From assembly GCA_002452795.1 (NCBI GenBank), contig DKFF01000008.1:18271-82270 (forward strand): DNA of 64,000 bases. Reading direction: 5' to 3'. A program made the position numbers and the translations under genes. A model generated the notes under the pieces. It saw nothing but the letters and a program-made list of their open reading frames with translations, searched no databases and was not told where the DNA came from. Shown piece after piece: positions 8,813-17,761 of the stretch. The first letter of the stretch is position 1. The number at the start of each line of letters is the position of its first letter. This stretch comes from Dehalococcoidia bacterium UBA6803 (GTDB lineage: Bacteria > Chloroflexota > Dehalococcoidia > GIF9 > AB-539-J10).

Positions 8813-9874
8813 TCAAGCCTGCCTGTCCACCGGCCTGGGCCGGAAGATAATTTCGGGCGCTGGCTCTTCACTTTGCATGACGCCAGCATCCGTGACCATT
8901 TTGTGCACTGTCGCGACCAAATCTTTTAGCCCCGACTCCCCTATGGCCGATACCTGGAACAGTCTGACGCCCTCCACAGCCAGTTTTTCCGTTAAATTAG
9001 ACAAAGCTGTGTTATCTACGGTCTCATCCATTTTATTCGCCGCCACAACATACTTTTTACCGGCAAACTCCTGGTTGAATTCCTTCACTTCCTCCTTCAA
9101 GCAGGCCAGGTCTTCTTCTATCTGTTGCGAAGTGGCATCCAGCAGATAGACAAGAACAGCGGCCCTGGAAAGATGCCTGAGAAACCGCGAGCCGATCCCT
9201 TTTCCCTTGCGCGAACCCTCAATAATAGCCGGCATTTCTGCCCACACATACCTATTTCGCCCGTCGTCAACTGTTCCCATGACAGGTTCCTGCGTGGTGA
9301 AAAAATAATCCGCAGCCTTCGGTTTTGCTCCGGATATGGCTGAGAGAAGTGTGGATTTTCCGCTGTTCGGCATGCCTATGATACCCACATCGACCGGCAG
9401 GGAAATCTGAAGCTCTACATCAATTCGTTCTCCTTCTTCACCACTTTGAAATTCCCGCGGCGCCTTGTGCGTCGCTGTGGCAAAATGCACATTGCCTTTG
9501 CCTCCTCTGCCCCCCTTTGCAATCATTACCCTTTGACCATTAATCCTGAAATCCGCTTTTTGCACTAACTCACCGTTCTTCCTGACATAAGCTATAGTCC
9601 CGACGGGTATCTTTATACAAAGATCCGATCCATTCAAACCATGCATCTTATTCTTACCGCCCGGACCGCCATTTTCTGCTTTATAGAACAGTTTATGTTT
9701 AAAAGACGCCAGATCTTTAAGATCGATACTTGCCTCTAAAAATACATTTCCTCCCCGTCCTCCATCACCGCCATCCGGCCCTCCAAAAGGCAGGAATTTC
9801 TCCCTCCTGAAACTGGCCAGACCATTGCCGCCAGTACCTGCTTTCACAACTATTTCTACATTATCAACAAACAT
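8813..9874 (-). CDS. obg: GTPase Obg
   Basis: 353 aa; Obg fold glycine-rich N-terminus (GGNGLASFRREKF..GGPDGGDGGRGG) plus GTPase G1-G4 motifs. Confidence 0.9.
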   Translation of the reverse strand: MFVDNVEIVVKAGTGGNGLASFRREKFLPFGGPDGGDGGRGGNVFLEASIDLKDLASFKHKLFYKAENGGPGGKNKMHGLNGSDLCIKIPVGTIAYVRKNGELVQKADFRINGQRVMIAKGGRGGKGNVHFATATHKAPREFQSGEEGERIDVELQISLPVDVGIIGMPNSGKSTLLSAISGAKPKAADYFFTTQEPVMGTVDDGRNRYVWAEMPAIIEGSRKGKGIGSRFLRHLSRAAVLVYLLDATSQQIEEDLACLKEEVKEFNQEFAGKKYVVAANKMDETVDNTALSNLTEKLAVEGVRLFQVSAIGESGLKDLVATVHKMVTDAGVMQSEEPAPEIIFRPRPVDRQA

Positions 9875-10058
9875 ATTTATACTAATTATTTATGTTAATG
9901 CATTGTAGATATATATAATAATAGCAATATTAAGCACGTTAATCCTGGTGAAGGAGGTAAAAATAACTTTAGAAATGGCATAGATAGTGAGATAAAAAGT
10001 GTAAAAAAATCCGAAGTTATCCACAAAACCGCATGATTTATCCACAAGGATATAGATA
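9875..10058. other. candidate oriC: AT-rich tract plus two perfect DnaA boxes (TTATCCACA at 10017-10025 and 10038-10046)
   Basis: Intergenic region between obg start and dnaA stop; 55-bp A+T-rich stretch (9875-9930) followed by two same-orientation consensus DnaA boxes 12 bp apart. Confidence 0.45.
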
Positions 10059-11423
10059 TCAATGAGTCTTTTGGGATGCTTTAAGCAGATCGCGGATATC
10101 TTCTATAGATTTGCTCAGTTGCGAATCCACAATTATTTCAGAAGAGATCTTTTCGCAGCCGTGGATGACAGTAGAATGATCTCGATTACCCAGGACCTTG
10201 CCAATCTCAGAGAGGTTACATTGGTTTTGCTGCCGCAGAAGATACATGACGATATGGCGGGCGCGCGAAGTCTTCAAGTCTCTCTTTTTGCCTGTAATAT
10301 CATCGGGTGAAATGGAGTAATAGTTTGCTACCGCATTGATAACAGCGGAAGGCTGGAAATAACCTACATTCTGTTTGGAGACATTGATCATATCGCCCAG
10401 AAGCTGTTTCGCTATATTCACGTCAAGCGTGTAACCGTTGAGTCGGGCATAAGTTGCCAGCCTGAGAAGCGCACCTTCCAACTCCCTGACACTGTGATAA
10501 AAATGCGTGGCAAGGAAGTTCAATACGGCAATGTCCAAGTTTATACGCAGTTGTTGCGTTTTCAACTCGAGTATGGCAAGGCGGGTCTTGTGATCAGGAG
10601 GATAGATATCAGCTACCAATCCGCCTTCCAGCCTGGAGCGAAGACGTTCGTTAAGAGAAGCGATCTCTTTAGGCGGCCTATCCGATGTAATGACGACCTG
10701 ACGGCTGTCAGCCAGGTAATCGTTAAGAATATGGAAAAGGCATTCCTGGGTCTGAGTTTTGCAGCTTAAAAACTGGATGTCGTCCACCAGTAATACATCG
10801 AGATTACTGAACCTGTTTCTAAACTCTTCGTTTTTATGGTTTCTGATCGAGTTGATGAACTCATTGGTAAACTGCTCTGCGCTTATGTAAAGAACATTGA
10901 GGTCAAGGGACCTGGAAGCGTGTCCGATGGCATGCAGAAGATGTGTTTTGCCGGTGCCTGTTGCACCATATATATAGAGAGGATTAAAAGCCTCTCCAGG
11001 ATTGCCGGAGATCTCCATGGCTGCAGTAAAAGGAAGACGATTACAATCGCCCGCGATGAATGTACTGAAAGTATATTTATTGCTGAGGTTGGATGATTTG
11101 AGCAGGGGCTCACCTTCCTTCAAGCTGATGCCGCCATCGTGTATACTATGTGCTTTTTGCATACAGGTATTGTGCGAGACAGCCTGGACCTGGAACTGAA
11201 CCTCTACGTTTTGACCAGTGATGGAGCAGAGTATCCTGCTTACTATTGAATAAAGCCTGCTTTTCAACCACTCGGCAATGAACGTACTGGGGACGGCTAC
11301 GGTGAAAACGCCATTGGAGTAATCAATGCCCTTGGTATCTTTAAGCCATGTGTTGAAATTAGCTTTATTAACTTGAAGCTGCAGCTCACCGAGAGCCGCC
11401 TGCCAGATTTTATCAGCTTGCAT
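10059..11423 (-). CDS. dnaA: chromosomal replication initiator protein DnaA
   Basis: 454 aa; AAA+ Walker A GATGTGKTHLLHAIG, DnaA domain IV C-terminus. Confidence 0.95.
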   Translation of the reverse strand: MQADKIWQAALGELQLQVNKANFNTWLKDTKGIDYSNGVFTVAVPSTFIAEWLKSRLYSIVSRILCSITGQNVEVQFQVQAVSHNTCMQKAHSIHDGGISLKEGEPLLKSSNLSNKYTFSTFIAGDCNRLPFTAAMEISGNPGEAFNPLYIYGATGTGKTHLLHAIGHASRSLDLNVLYISAEQFTNEFINSIRNHKNEEFRNRFSNLDVLLVDDIQFLSCKTQTQECLFHILNDYLADSRQVVITSDRPPKEIASLNERLRSRLEGGLVADIYPPDHKTRLAILELKTQQLRINLDIAVLNFLATHFYHSVRELEGALLRLATYARLNGYTLDVNIAKQLLGDMINVSKQNVGYFQPSAVINAVANYYSISPDDITGKKRDLKTSRARHIVMYLLRQQNQCNLSEIGKVLGNRDHSTVIHGCEKISSEIIVDSQLSKSIEDIRDLLKASQKTH

Positions 11424-11663
11424 CCGTACCTAATCCATAATATAAATTTTTCACGGGCGCCAAAAAAGGGTAAAAAATCTCTCCTGGGAATTAAAGACGC
11501 AGACTTTTAACTTAATTAATAAAAGATTAGATTTAGCGTCTGCTGATTGTCTTCCGTGGCACCCCTCCCGAGAACAATGAATAGATTACCACAGCGGTCA
11601 TTTGGGCTGTCAATAGTTATTTTGACATAATGGGAAAAAATCTATAAATTTTACTTCGGTACG

Positions 11664-12599
11664 ATGCGCATCATATTTATGGGTTCAGCAACGTTCGCAA
11701 CGCCCTCCTTACAATCACTTATGTCAAACAAATACGACATAAGCGCTGTTTATACACAGCCCGATAAAAAGACCGGGCGCGGGCAGCAGTTAATGGCCAG
11801 TGCGGTCAAGCGGTATGCGCTTTCGCAGGGATTGAAAGTGATACAGCCGGAGACCTTCAAAGATCCTGCCGAAGTGGAAAACTTGAGGGCACTGAAGCCC
11901 GACCTGATCGTAGTAGCAGCCTATGGGCAGATCCTGCCTGAATCAGTTTTACAAATACCTGTATATAAGTGTATCAATATCCATCCCTCCCTGCTGCCCA
12001 GGTACAGGGGCCCTTCCCCTATAAGCGCGGCCATATTGAACGGAGATAATGTTACGGGGGTGACGATCATGCTGGTGGAGAAGAAAGTGGATAGCGGTCC
12101 TGTACTGGCGCAGAAAGAAACTAAAATTGCAGATGAAGATACAACGGAGACGCTGACGGAAAAATTGGCCTTACTGGGGGCAGCGATGTTAATCGAAGTG
12201 ATACCGGGCTGGATTGAGGGTAAAATACAGCCGAAGCCGCAGGATGAAAGCCGCGCCAGCCATACTAGAATGGCAAGCAAAGAAGACGGCAGGCTGAACT
12301 GGGAGCTCCCGGCAATTCAATTGTGGCGCATGGTCAGGGCTTATTACCCCTGGCCTGGTTGCTTTACAATCTGGAACAATGCCAGGTTGAAGGTGATCAG
12401 CGCGGTGCCTCTGTCGGGTACTGCTGGCGGGAAGGCCGGTGAAGTAATCGAGCTGCCGCGTGGCGCACCGGCGCGGGCGGCTGTACGAACAGGAAAGGGT
12501 TTGCTCGGCCTGGTAAAGGTGCAGTTTGAAGGAAAAAAAGAGATGCCGGTTGCAGATTTCGTGGCAGGCCACCGGGATTTTATCGGCTCAGTTCTTTGA
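11664..12599 (+). CDS. fmt: methionyl-tRNA formyltransferase
   Basis: 311 aa; MRIIFMGS ... formyltransferase N- and C-domains. Confidence 0.9.
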   Translation: MRIIFMGSATFATPSLQSLMSNKYDISAVYTQPDKKTGRGQQLMASAVKRYALSQGLKVIQPETFKDPAEVENLRALKPDLIVVAAYGQILPESVLQIPVYKCINIHPSLLPRYRGPSPISAAILNGDNVTGVTIMLVEKKVDSGPVLAQKETKIADEDTTETLTEKLALLGAAMLIEVIPGWIEGKIQPKPQDESRASHTRMASKEDGRLNWELPAIQLWRMVRAYYPWPGCFTIWNNARLKVISAVPLSGTAGGKAGEVIELPRGAPARAAVRTGKGLLGLVKVQFEGKKEMPVADFVAGHRDFIGSVL

Positions 12600-12661
12600 C
12601 TAAAATCTCACAGCGACATAAACTTATTAAGTACAATCCTCAGGTTCAGGAGTAAGAAGAC

Positions 12662-13363
12662 ATGATATTGTATTTGATATTAATGATACCGCCGCTTATC
12701 TTTATGATATATGCGCAGTTCAAGGTGAAGAACACCTATTCCAAATATGCCAAGATCGGCAACCACAAAGGCATCACGGGCGCACAGGCAGCAGCGCAGA
12801 TGCTCAGAGCCAACGGGATCAATATCCCAATAGAGACTGTAGCAGGCAAGCTGACCGACCATTACGACCCTGCCAAGAAGGTGCTCAGGCTGTCGCCGGA
12901 AGTGGGCGGGACGGCATCTGTGGCAGCTATCGGTATCGCCCTGCACGAGGTAGGCCATGCAGTGCAGCACCACACCAAATACGGCATGATGGGAATACGT
13001 ACATTCCTGGTCCCGGCAGCCAATATCGGCAGCAACCTCGGCTGGATATTCATCTTCGCCGGTGTGCTGCTGATGGGGTTTGGCGAGGTCTTCGCTGAAT
13101 TCGGCACACTGATAGCCATGATCGGGCTGATCCTGTTCTCGGCGGCTGTGCTGTTTACACTGGTTACGCTGCCGGTGGAATTCGATGCCAGCAACAGGGC
13201 CAGGCGTATGATGAAAGATACCGGCATACTGGTTGGGCAGGAGTACCAGGGGGCCAGCGCTGTGCTTTCGGCAGCGGCGCTGACTTATGTGGCAGCCATG
13301 CTGCAGGCAGTGGCCCAGCTCCTCTATTTCGGCCTGATGATTTTCGGCGTAAGACGGGATTGA
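12662..13363 (+). CDS. zinc metallopeptidase, YugP family (membrane Zn peptidase)
   Basis: 233 aa; HEVGHAVQH zinc motif and several TM helices. Confidence 0.7.
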   Translation: MILYLILMIPPLIFMIYAQFKVKNTYSKYAKIGNHKGITGAQAAAQMLRANGINIPIETVAGKLTDHYDPAKKVLRLSPEVGGTASVAAIGIALHEVGHAVQHHTKYGMMGIRTFLVPAANIGSNLGWIFIFAGVLLMGFGEVFAEFGTLIAMIGLILFSAAVLFTLVTLPVEFDASNRARRMMKDTGILVGQEYQGASAVLSAAALTYVAAMLQAVAQLLYFGLMIFGVRRD

Positions 13364-13440
13364 CATTTCAAATAGCGCTATAGTTGGGGCCAACCGCTTC
13401 TACGCCAGTTGGCCCTTTTTTTGTCACGCGGGCGGTCATA

Positions 13441-14250
13441 ATGAATAAGAAAATGAACAAGAAAATTCCTGAATTCAGCGAAGAAGAACTGGGCACATTC
13501 CAGGCGTTCCGGCGGATTATACAGCGTCTGCGCTCTCCGGACGGATGTCCCTGGGACAGGAAGCAGACCCACGTTTCGCTCAGACCCTACCTGCTGGAAG
13601 AAAGCTACGAAGTACTTGAGAGTATCGATAATAATGATATATCCAGCCTGAGTGAGGAGCTGGGCGACCTCTGGCTGCAGATCATGTTGCATTCACAGAT
13701 TGCAGAGGAGCAGGGTGAGTTCAAGCTGGAAGACGTGCTACGCAAGATCAATGCCAAGCTGATCTTCCGCCATCCCCACGTCTTTGGCGGTAAAGATGTA
13801 AAAGATGCCGAAGAGGTTTCGTTCAACTGGCAGGAGTTGAAAGGACGGGAGAAACCGGAAAACAGCTCGATACTGTCAGGTGTACCGAAGGAGATGCCCG
13901 CCCTGGCAGCGAGCCAGTCTCTGCAGCAGAGGGCAGCCTCTGTCGGCTTCGACTGGGACAAGTTGGATGATGTAATGGAAAAGCTGGTTGAGGAAGTTAA
14001 CGAGCTGAGGAATGCTGCCAGCAAATCTGAGCAGGAGAGTGAATTCGGTGATATCCTGTTTACACTGGCCAATATAGCGCGCCGTATGGATATTGAACTG
14101 GAAGCAGCCTTAAGGCAGACTAATGCGCGTTTTACCCGCCGCTTTAACTATATTGAACAAGCCTGCCATGCCAGCGGCGCAGATATAAAAAGCCTGACGT
14201 TGGCAGAAATGGATAGCCTCTGGAATGAGGCCAAGGAAAGACAGGAATAA
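13441..14250 (+). CDS. mazG: nucleoside triphosphate pyrophosphohydrolase MazG
   Basis: Tandem MazG domains (CPWDRKQTH ... EELGDLW); ATG at 13441 chosen over upstream GTG/TTG in the longer ORF. Confidence 0.8.
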   Translation: MNKKMNKKIPEFSEEELGTFQAFRRIIQRLRSPDGCPWDRKQTHVSLRPYLLEESYEVLESIDNNDISSLSEELGDLWLQIMLHSQIAEEQGEFKLEDVLRKINAKLIFRHPHVFGGKDVKDAEEVSFNWQELKGREKPENSSILSGVPKEMPALAASQSLQQRAASVGFDWDKLDDVMEKLVEEVNELRNAASKSEQESEFGDILFTLANIARRMDIELEAALRQTNARFTRRFNYIEQACHASGADIKSLTLAEMDSLWNEAKERQE

Positions 14251-14253
14251 GCT

Positions 14254-14331
14254 GGTCGGGGAGAGAGGACTCGAACCTCCGACCTCAGCGTCCCGAACGC
14301 TGCGCGCTAACCAGGCTGCGCTACGCCCCGC
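14254..14331 (-). tRNA. tRNA-Pro (anticodon CGG), CCA encoded
   Basis: Reverse complement CGGGGCGTAGCGCAGCCTGGTTAGCGCGCAGCGTTCGGGACGCTGAGGTCGGAGGTTCGAGTCCTCTCTCCCCGACCA folds as a cloverleaf; anticodon loop UUCGGGA; close to E. coli proK. Confidence 0.85.
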
Positions 14332-14415
14332 CCACGATATTATAGGCGGCTTTAACTTCTGCGGCAAGAATTGTAAACTAGAGGGCGAAGTGCTGTGACC
14401 TCTTGAAGGATCTAT

Positions 14416-15600
14416 ATGAAGTATTGCGTTTTAATCATTGATGGGGCGGCCGGCTGGCCGTTGCCCTGGCGGGGAGGGAAAACCAGCCTGGAACTGGCGC
14501 GTACGCCGAACATGGATGCTCTGGCCAGAGAAGGGATGCTGGGAATGGCCAGCACCGTGCCGACGGGGATGGAACCGAGCAGCGCCTGTGCTTGTATGTC
14601 GGTGCTGGGTTATGATCCTGTACTTTATTATCATGGGCGAGGAGCTATTGAGGCCCGGAGCATGGGAATTACTGTCGACAAAGGAGAAGCTGTTTTTCGC
14701 TGCAACCTGGTATCTGTGCAGGCGGGACAAATGGCAAGCTATAGTTCCGGCTATATCAGCAGTGGTGAAAGCCGGACACTCATTGCCTTCCTGAATGAAA
14801 AGATGGGAGGAGAGGAAGTGTTTTTCTATCCTGGAGTTGGCTACAGGCATATCTGCAAGATTAAAGGACACACAGAAACCCTGCGCGCCGTCTGTACTCC
14901 TCCTCATGATATTCCAGGACAAGAGATAAAGGAGTTTCTCCCTCGCGGCAGAGGGAGCGGCGTGTTGCGCGACTTGATGAAACGCTCAGCTGCCGTGCTG
15001 GAAGGACACCCTGTTAACCTGGAACGGCGAAAGAAGGGGGAGTTTCCTGCCTCTGCGATATGGCTTTTCTGGGGAAGCGGGCAAATACCGGATTTGCCTG
15101 CTTTTCGCAAAGTATATGGACTGGAGGCGTCTTTAACCTCCGGAGTTGATTTATTGCGGGGGTTGGCTAAAATGATGGAGGTTGAGGTATTGGACATAGC
15201 CGGCGTGACCGATGGCCCCGATAACGATTATGCCGCCCAGGCGGAGGAAGCGCTGCGAGCTCTTGCGAGGAAAGACATGGTGGTAGTCCATGTAGAAGCT
15301 CCCGATGAGGCAGGACATGCCGGTGATATTGATGCTAAAGTGGAAGCAATACAGCAGGTAGACCGAGAAATCGTGAGGCGTATTCGTGATTGGGAGGGAG
15401 GGCCTCTGCGCGTTTTAATTATGCCTGACCATCCAACTCCGATTGAATTTAGAACGCATGTAAGGGAGGAAGTTCCCTTTCTATTATGGGGCAGGGGAAT
15501 TGTCTCCAACGGAGGGCAGAGATTTACCGAAAGGGAGGCGAGGAGCACGGCTTTTCATGAGGGAAAAGGCTATAATCTTATGAGCAGGCTGGTGGAGTGA
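14416..15600 (+). CDS. ApgM-family cofactor-independent phosphoglycerate mutase-like enzyme (possibly the 'proposed homoserine kinase' subfamily)
   Basis: 394 aa; archaeal-type iPGM family signatures; sits directly upstream of aspartate kinase. Confidence 0.7.
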   Translation: MKYCVLIIDGAAGWPLPWRGGKTSLELARTPNMDALAREGMLGMASTVPTGMEPSSACACMSVLGYDPVLYYHGRGAIEARSMGITVDKGEAVFRCNLVSVQAGQMASYSSGYISSGESRTLIAFLNEKMGGEEVFFYPGVGYRHICKIKGHTETLRAVCTPPHDIPGQEIKEFLPRGRGSGVLRDLMKRSAAVLEGHPVNLERRKKGEFPASAIWLFWGSGQIPDLPAFRKVYGLEASLTSGVDLLRGLAKMMEVEVLDIAGVTDGPDNDYAAQAEEALRALARKDMVVVHVEAPDEAGHAGDIDAKVEAIQQVDREIVRRIRDWEGGPLRVLIMPDHPTPIEFRTHVREEVPFLLWGRGIVSNGGQRFTEREARSTAFHEGKGYNLMSRLVE

Positions 15601-15607
15601 AAAGGCA

Positions 15608-16831
15608 ATGTCTTTGATAGTTCAAAAATATGGCGGCAGTTCGCTGGCAGATATAGCCAAAATTAAGCGGGTAGCCCGGCGAGTGGCTAAGGTTCGCGAA
15701 CAGGGAGAACAGGTGGTGGTAGTTGTCTCAGCTATGGGGAAAACTACGGACCATCTGATTGAAATGGCCCACCGGGTGTCTGATCAACCTGATGCCAGAG
15801 AATTGGACAGGTTGCTTTCTACGGGAGAGGCAATTTCCAGCACGCTCCTGGCGATGTCCTTGAAGAAGCTGGGATGTCCGGCGATCAGCCTCAGCGGAGC
15901 GCAGGCGGGTATCCATACCGATTCCAGCTATAGTCGGGCTCGGATACTTAATATTGAAACGGGGCGTATTTTTCGCGAGATGAGCAAGGGAAAAGTGGTT
16001 ATTGTAGCTGGTTTTCAGGGGATTACCCGGGATATGAATATTGCAACGCTGGGGAGGGGTGGCTCGGATACCACAGCGGTTGCTCTGGCTATCGGGTTGA
16101 AAGCAGATATGTGCCAGATTTATACTGATGTTGAAGGGATTTATACTGCTGACCCTCGCCTTGTCCCGGAAGCAGTTAAGATGGAGAAAGTTGATTACGA
16201 TGAGATGCTGGAGCTGGCCAGTTCAGGGGCGAAGGTAATGCATGCCAGAGCGGTAGAACTGGGAGGGATATATGGCATGCCGATTTTGGTAGCTTCCAGT
16301 TTCAGCGATAGGGCAGGGACGATTATTTGCAGGGAGGCGTCGTTTATGGAGAATATTAATAAGGTCAGAGGAATTGCTCATGATACCAATGTAGCGAAAA
16401 TCACAGTTGTCCGGGTGCCGGATCAGCCAGGCGTTGCCGCAGCTATCTTTGTTCCCTTGGCTGAGGCAGGGATAAGCGTAGATACTATTGTCCAGAACGC
16501 CAGCATTGAAAACTGCACCGACCTTACTTTTACCGTAACTCGTGACGATCTGCCTCGGGCGATAGAGGTGACGGAGAAGGTGACTCAACGCATAGGGGCG
16601 GAGAGGTGTGTTAGCGCCGTCGGACTGGCCAAGATCAGCGTCGTGGGTACGGGCATGCAGAGCACCCCGGGTTATGCAGCCAAGATGTTTCGTTCTATGA
16701 AAGATGCGGAGATAAACATACAGATGATCACTACCTCCGAGATAAAAATCACCTGTATTATTTCCGAAGGCAGGGTTGAAGACGCCGTACGGGTGTTGCA
16801 TAAAGAATTCGGACTAGCTAGGGGAGAGTAA
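15608..16831 (+). CDS. lysC: aspartate kinase
   Basis: 407 aa; KYGGSSL N-terminus, two C-terminal ACT domains. Confidence 0.9.
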   Translation: MSLIVQKYGGSSLADIAKIKRVARRVAKVREQGEQVVVVVSAMGKTTDHLIEMAHRVSDQPDARELDRLLSTGEAISSTLLAMSLKKLGCPAISLSGAQAGIHTDSSYSRARILNIETGRIFREMSKGKVVIVAGFQGITRDMNIATLGRGGSDTTAVALAIGLKADMCQIYTDVEGIYTADPRLVPEAVKMEKVDYDEMLELASSGAKVMHARAVELGGIYGMPILVASSFSDRAGTIICREASFMENINKVRGIAHDTNVAKITVVRVPDQPGVAAAIFVPLAEAGISVDTIVQNASIENCTDLTFTVTRDDLPRAIEVTEKVTQRIGAERCVSAVGLAKISVVGTGMQSTPGYAAKMFRSMKDAEINIQMITTSEIKITCIISEGRVEDAVRVLHKEFGLARGE

Positions 16832-16858
16832 AGGAACCGCAGTTGAGAGAACAGCGTT

Positions 16859-17761
16859 TTGCCAACTTGCCGATATTGTTTCGGTTGTTTGGCGGGGGAA
16901 CGCTTTTTGTGTGAGGAGCAGATGGAACGCTATTGTCGGCAGGAAGAGGGACAGTCCTGGTTGCGAAAGCAATTGGTGCGGGAAGCCGTGTCTTTGGCGC
17001 TGAGAGATTGTTGGGAAGAAGCGGTACTAGTTAACGAGAAAATACTAGAGCAATTCCCCGAAGACGCAGAAGCTTATAACCGCCTTGGCAAGGCGTTGGC
17101 GGAATTGGGGAGGAATTATCAGGCTAAGAAGGCTTATATGAAGGTCATGGAAATCAATCCGGGTAACGCTATTGCCAGGAAAAATCTGGCCCGTCTGTCC
17201 CGGTTGCCTGAAGAGGAGGTTCCTGAAAGTGCTAAACGGGGCAAGCTCTCCTCGGAGGTGTTCATTGCCGAGAGAGGAAAGGTGGGCATAGCCAAGCTGA
17301 TTGATTTGGGGCAGAGAGAGGAACTAGATAGATTGAGCCCCGGGGATATTGTGTATCTGAAAGAGAAGGGACAGCGATTGGTAGCCATGGATGGACGGGG
17401 AAAGTATCTGGGGAAAGTGGAACAGAGGCACGAGGTGAGATTGATGAACCTGATCAGGGGGGGGAACAAGTATGACGCAGTTGTCCTGGGGATACGACAG
17501 CAAGAAGTGAGATTGATTATCCGGGAAGTGTTTAGCTCGCCGGCGCAGAAGGGACGGCTCTCTTTCCCTGCTCGTGGTGCAGTGATACAGAGAGAGGAGA
17601 AAGGGATGGAACATTTTCTTGAGGCAGACGGGGATGTGATTCTTGCCCCTGAATATTTCAGAGAAGAGGAAGACAGTTTGAAGGAAGAAGAGAGAGAAAA
17701 GATACCTGAAGGCTTTTTTGTGATTGATGATGTTGACAAAACAGAAGAGGGGAAAGAATGA
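16859..17761 (+). CDS. TPR-repeat protein with Cys-rich N-terminus and acidic C-terminus
   Basis: 300 aa; TPR-like [40 protein letters not shown]; stop overlaps gyrA start (ATGA). Confidence 0.55.
   Translation: MPTCRYCFGCLAGERFLCEEQMERYCRQEEGQSWLRKQLVREAVSLALRDCWEEAVLVNEKILEQFPEDAEAYNRLGKALAELGRNYQAKKAYMKVMEINPGNAIARKNLARLSRLPEEEVPESAKRGKLSSEVFIAERGKVGIAKLIDLGQREELDRLSPGDIVYLKEKGQRLVAMDGRGKYLGKVEQRHEVRLMNLIRGGNKYDAVVLGIRQQEVRLIIREVFSSPAQKGRLSFPARGAVIQREEKGMEHFLEADGDVILAPEYFREEEDSLKEEEREKIPEGFFVIDDVDKTEEGKE

Noticed and set aside
12680-13393. 237-aa minus-strand ORF rich in Cys/His/Arg, antisense to the YugP peptidase gene
   Set aside because: It fully overlaps a well-supported plus-strand gene. 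The composition is typical of antisense frames in GC-rich coding DNA, and there are no recognisable motifs.
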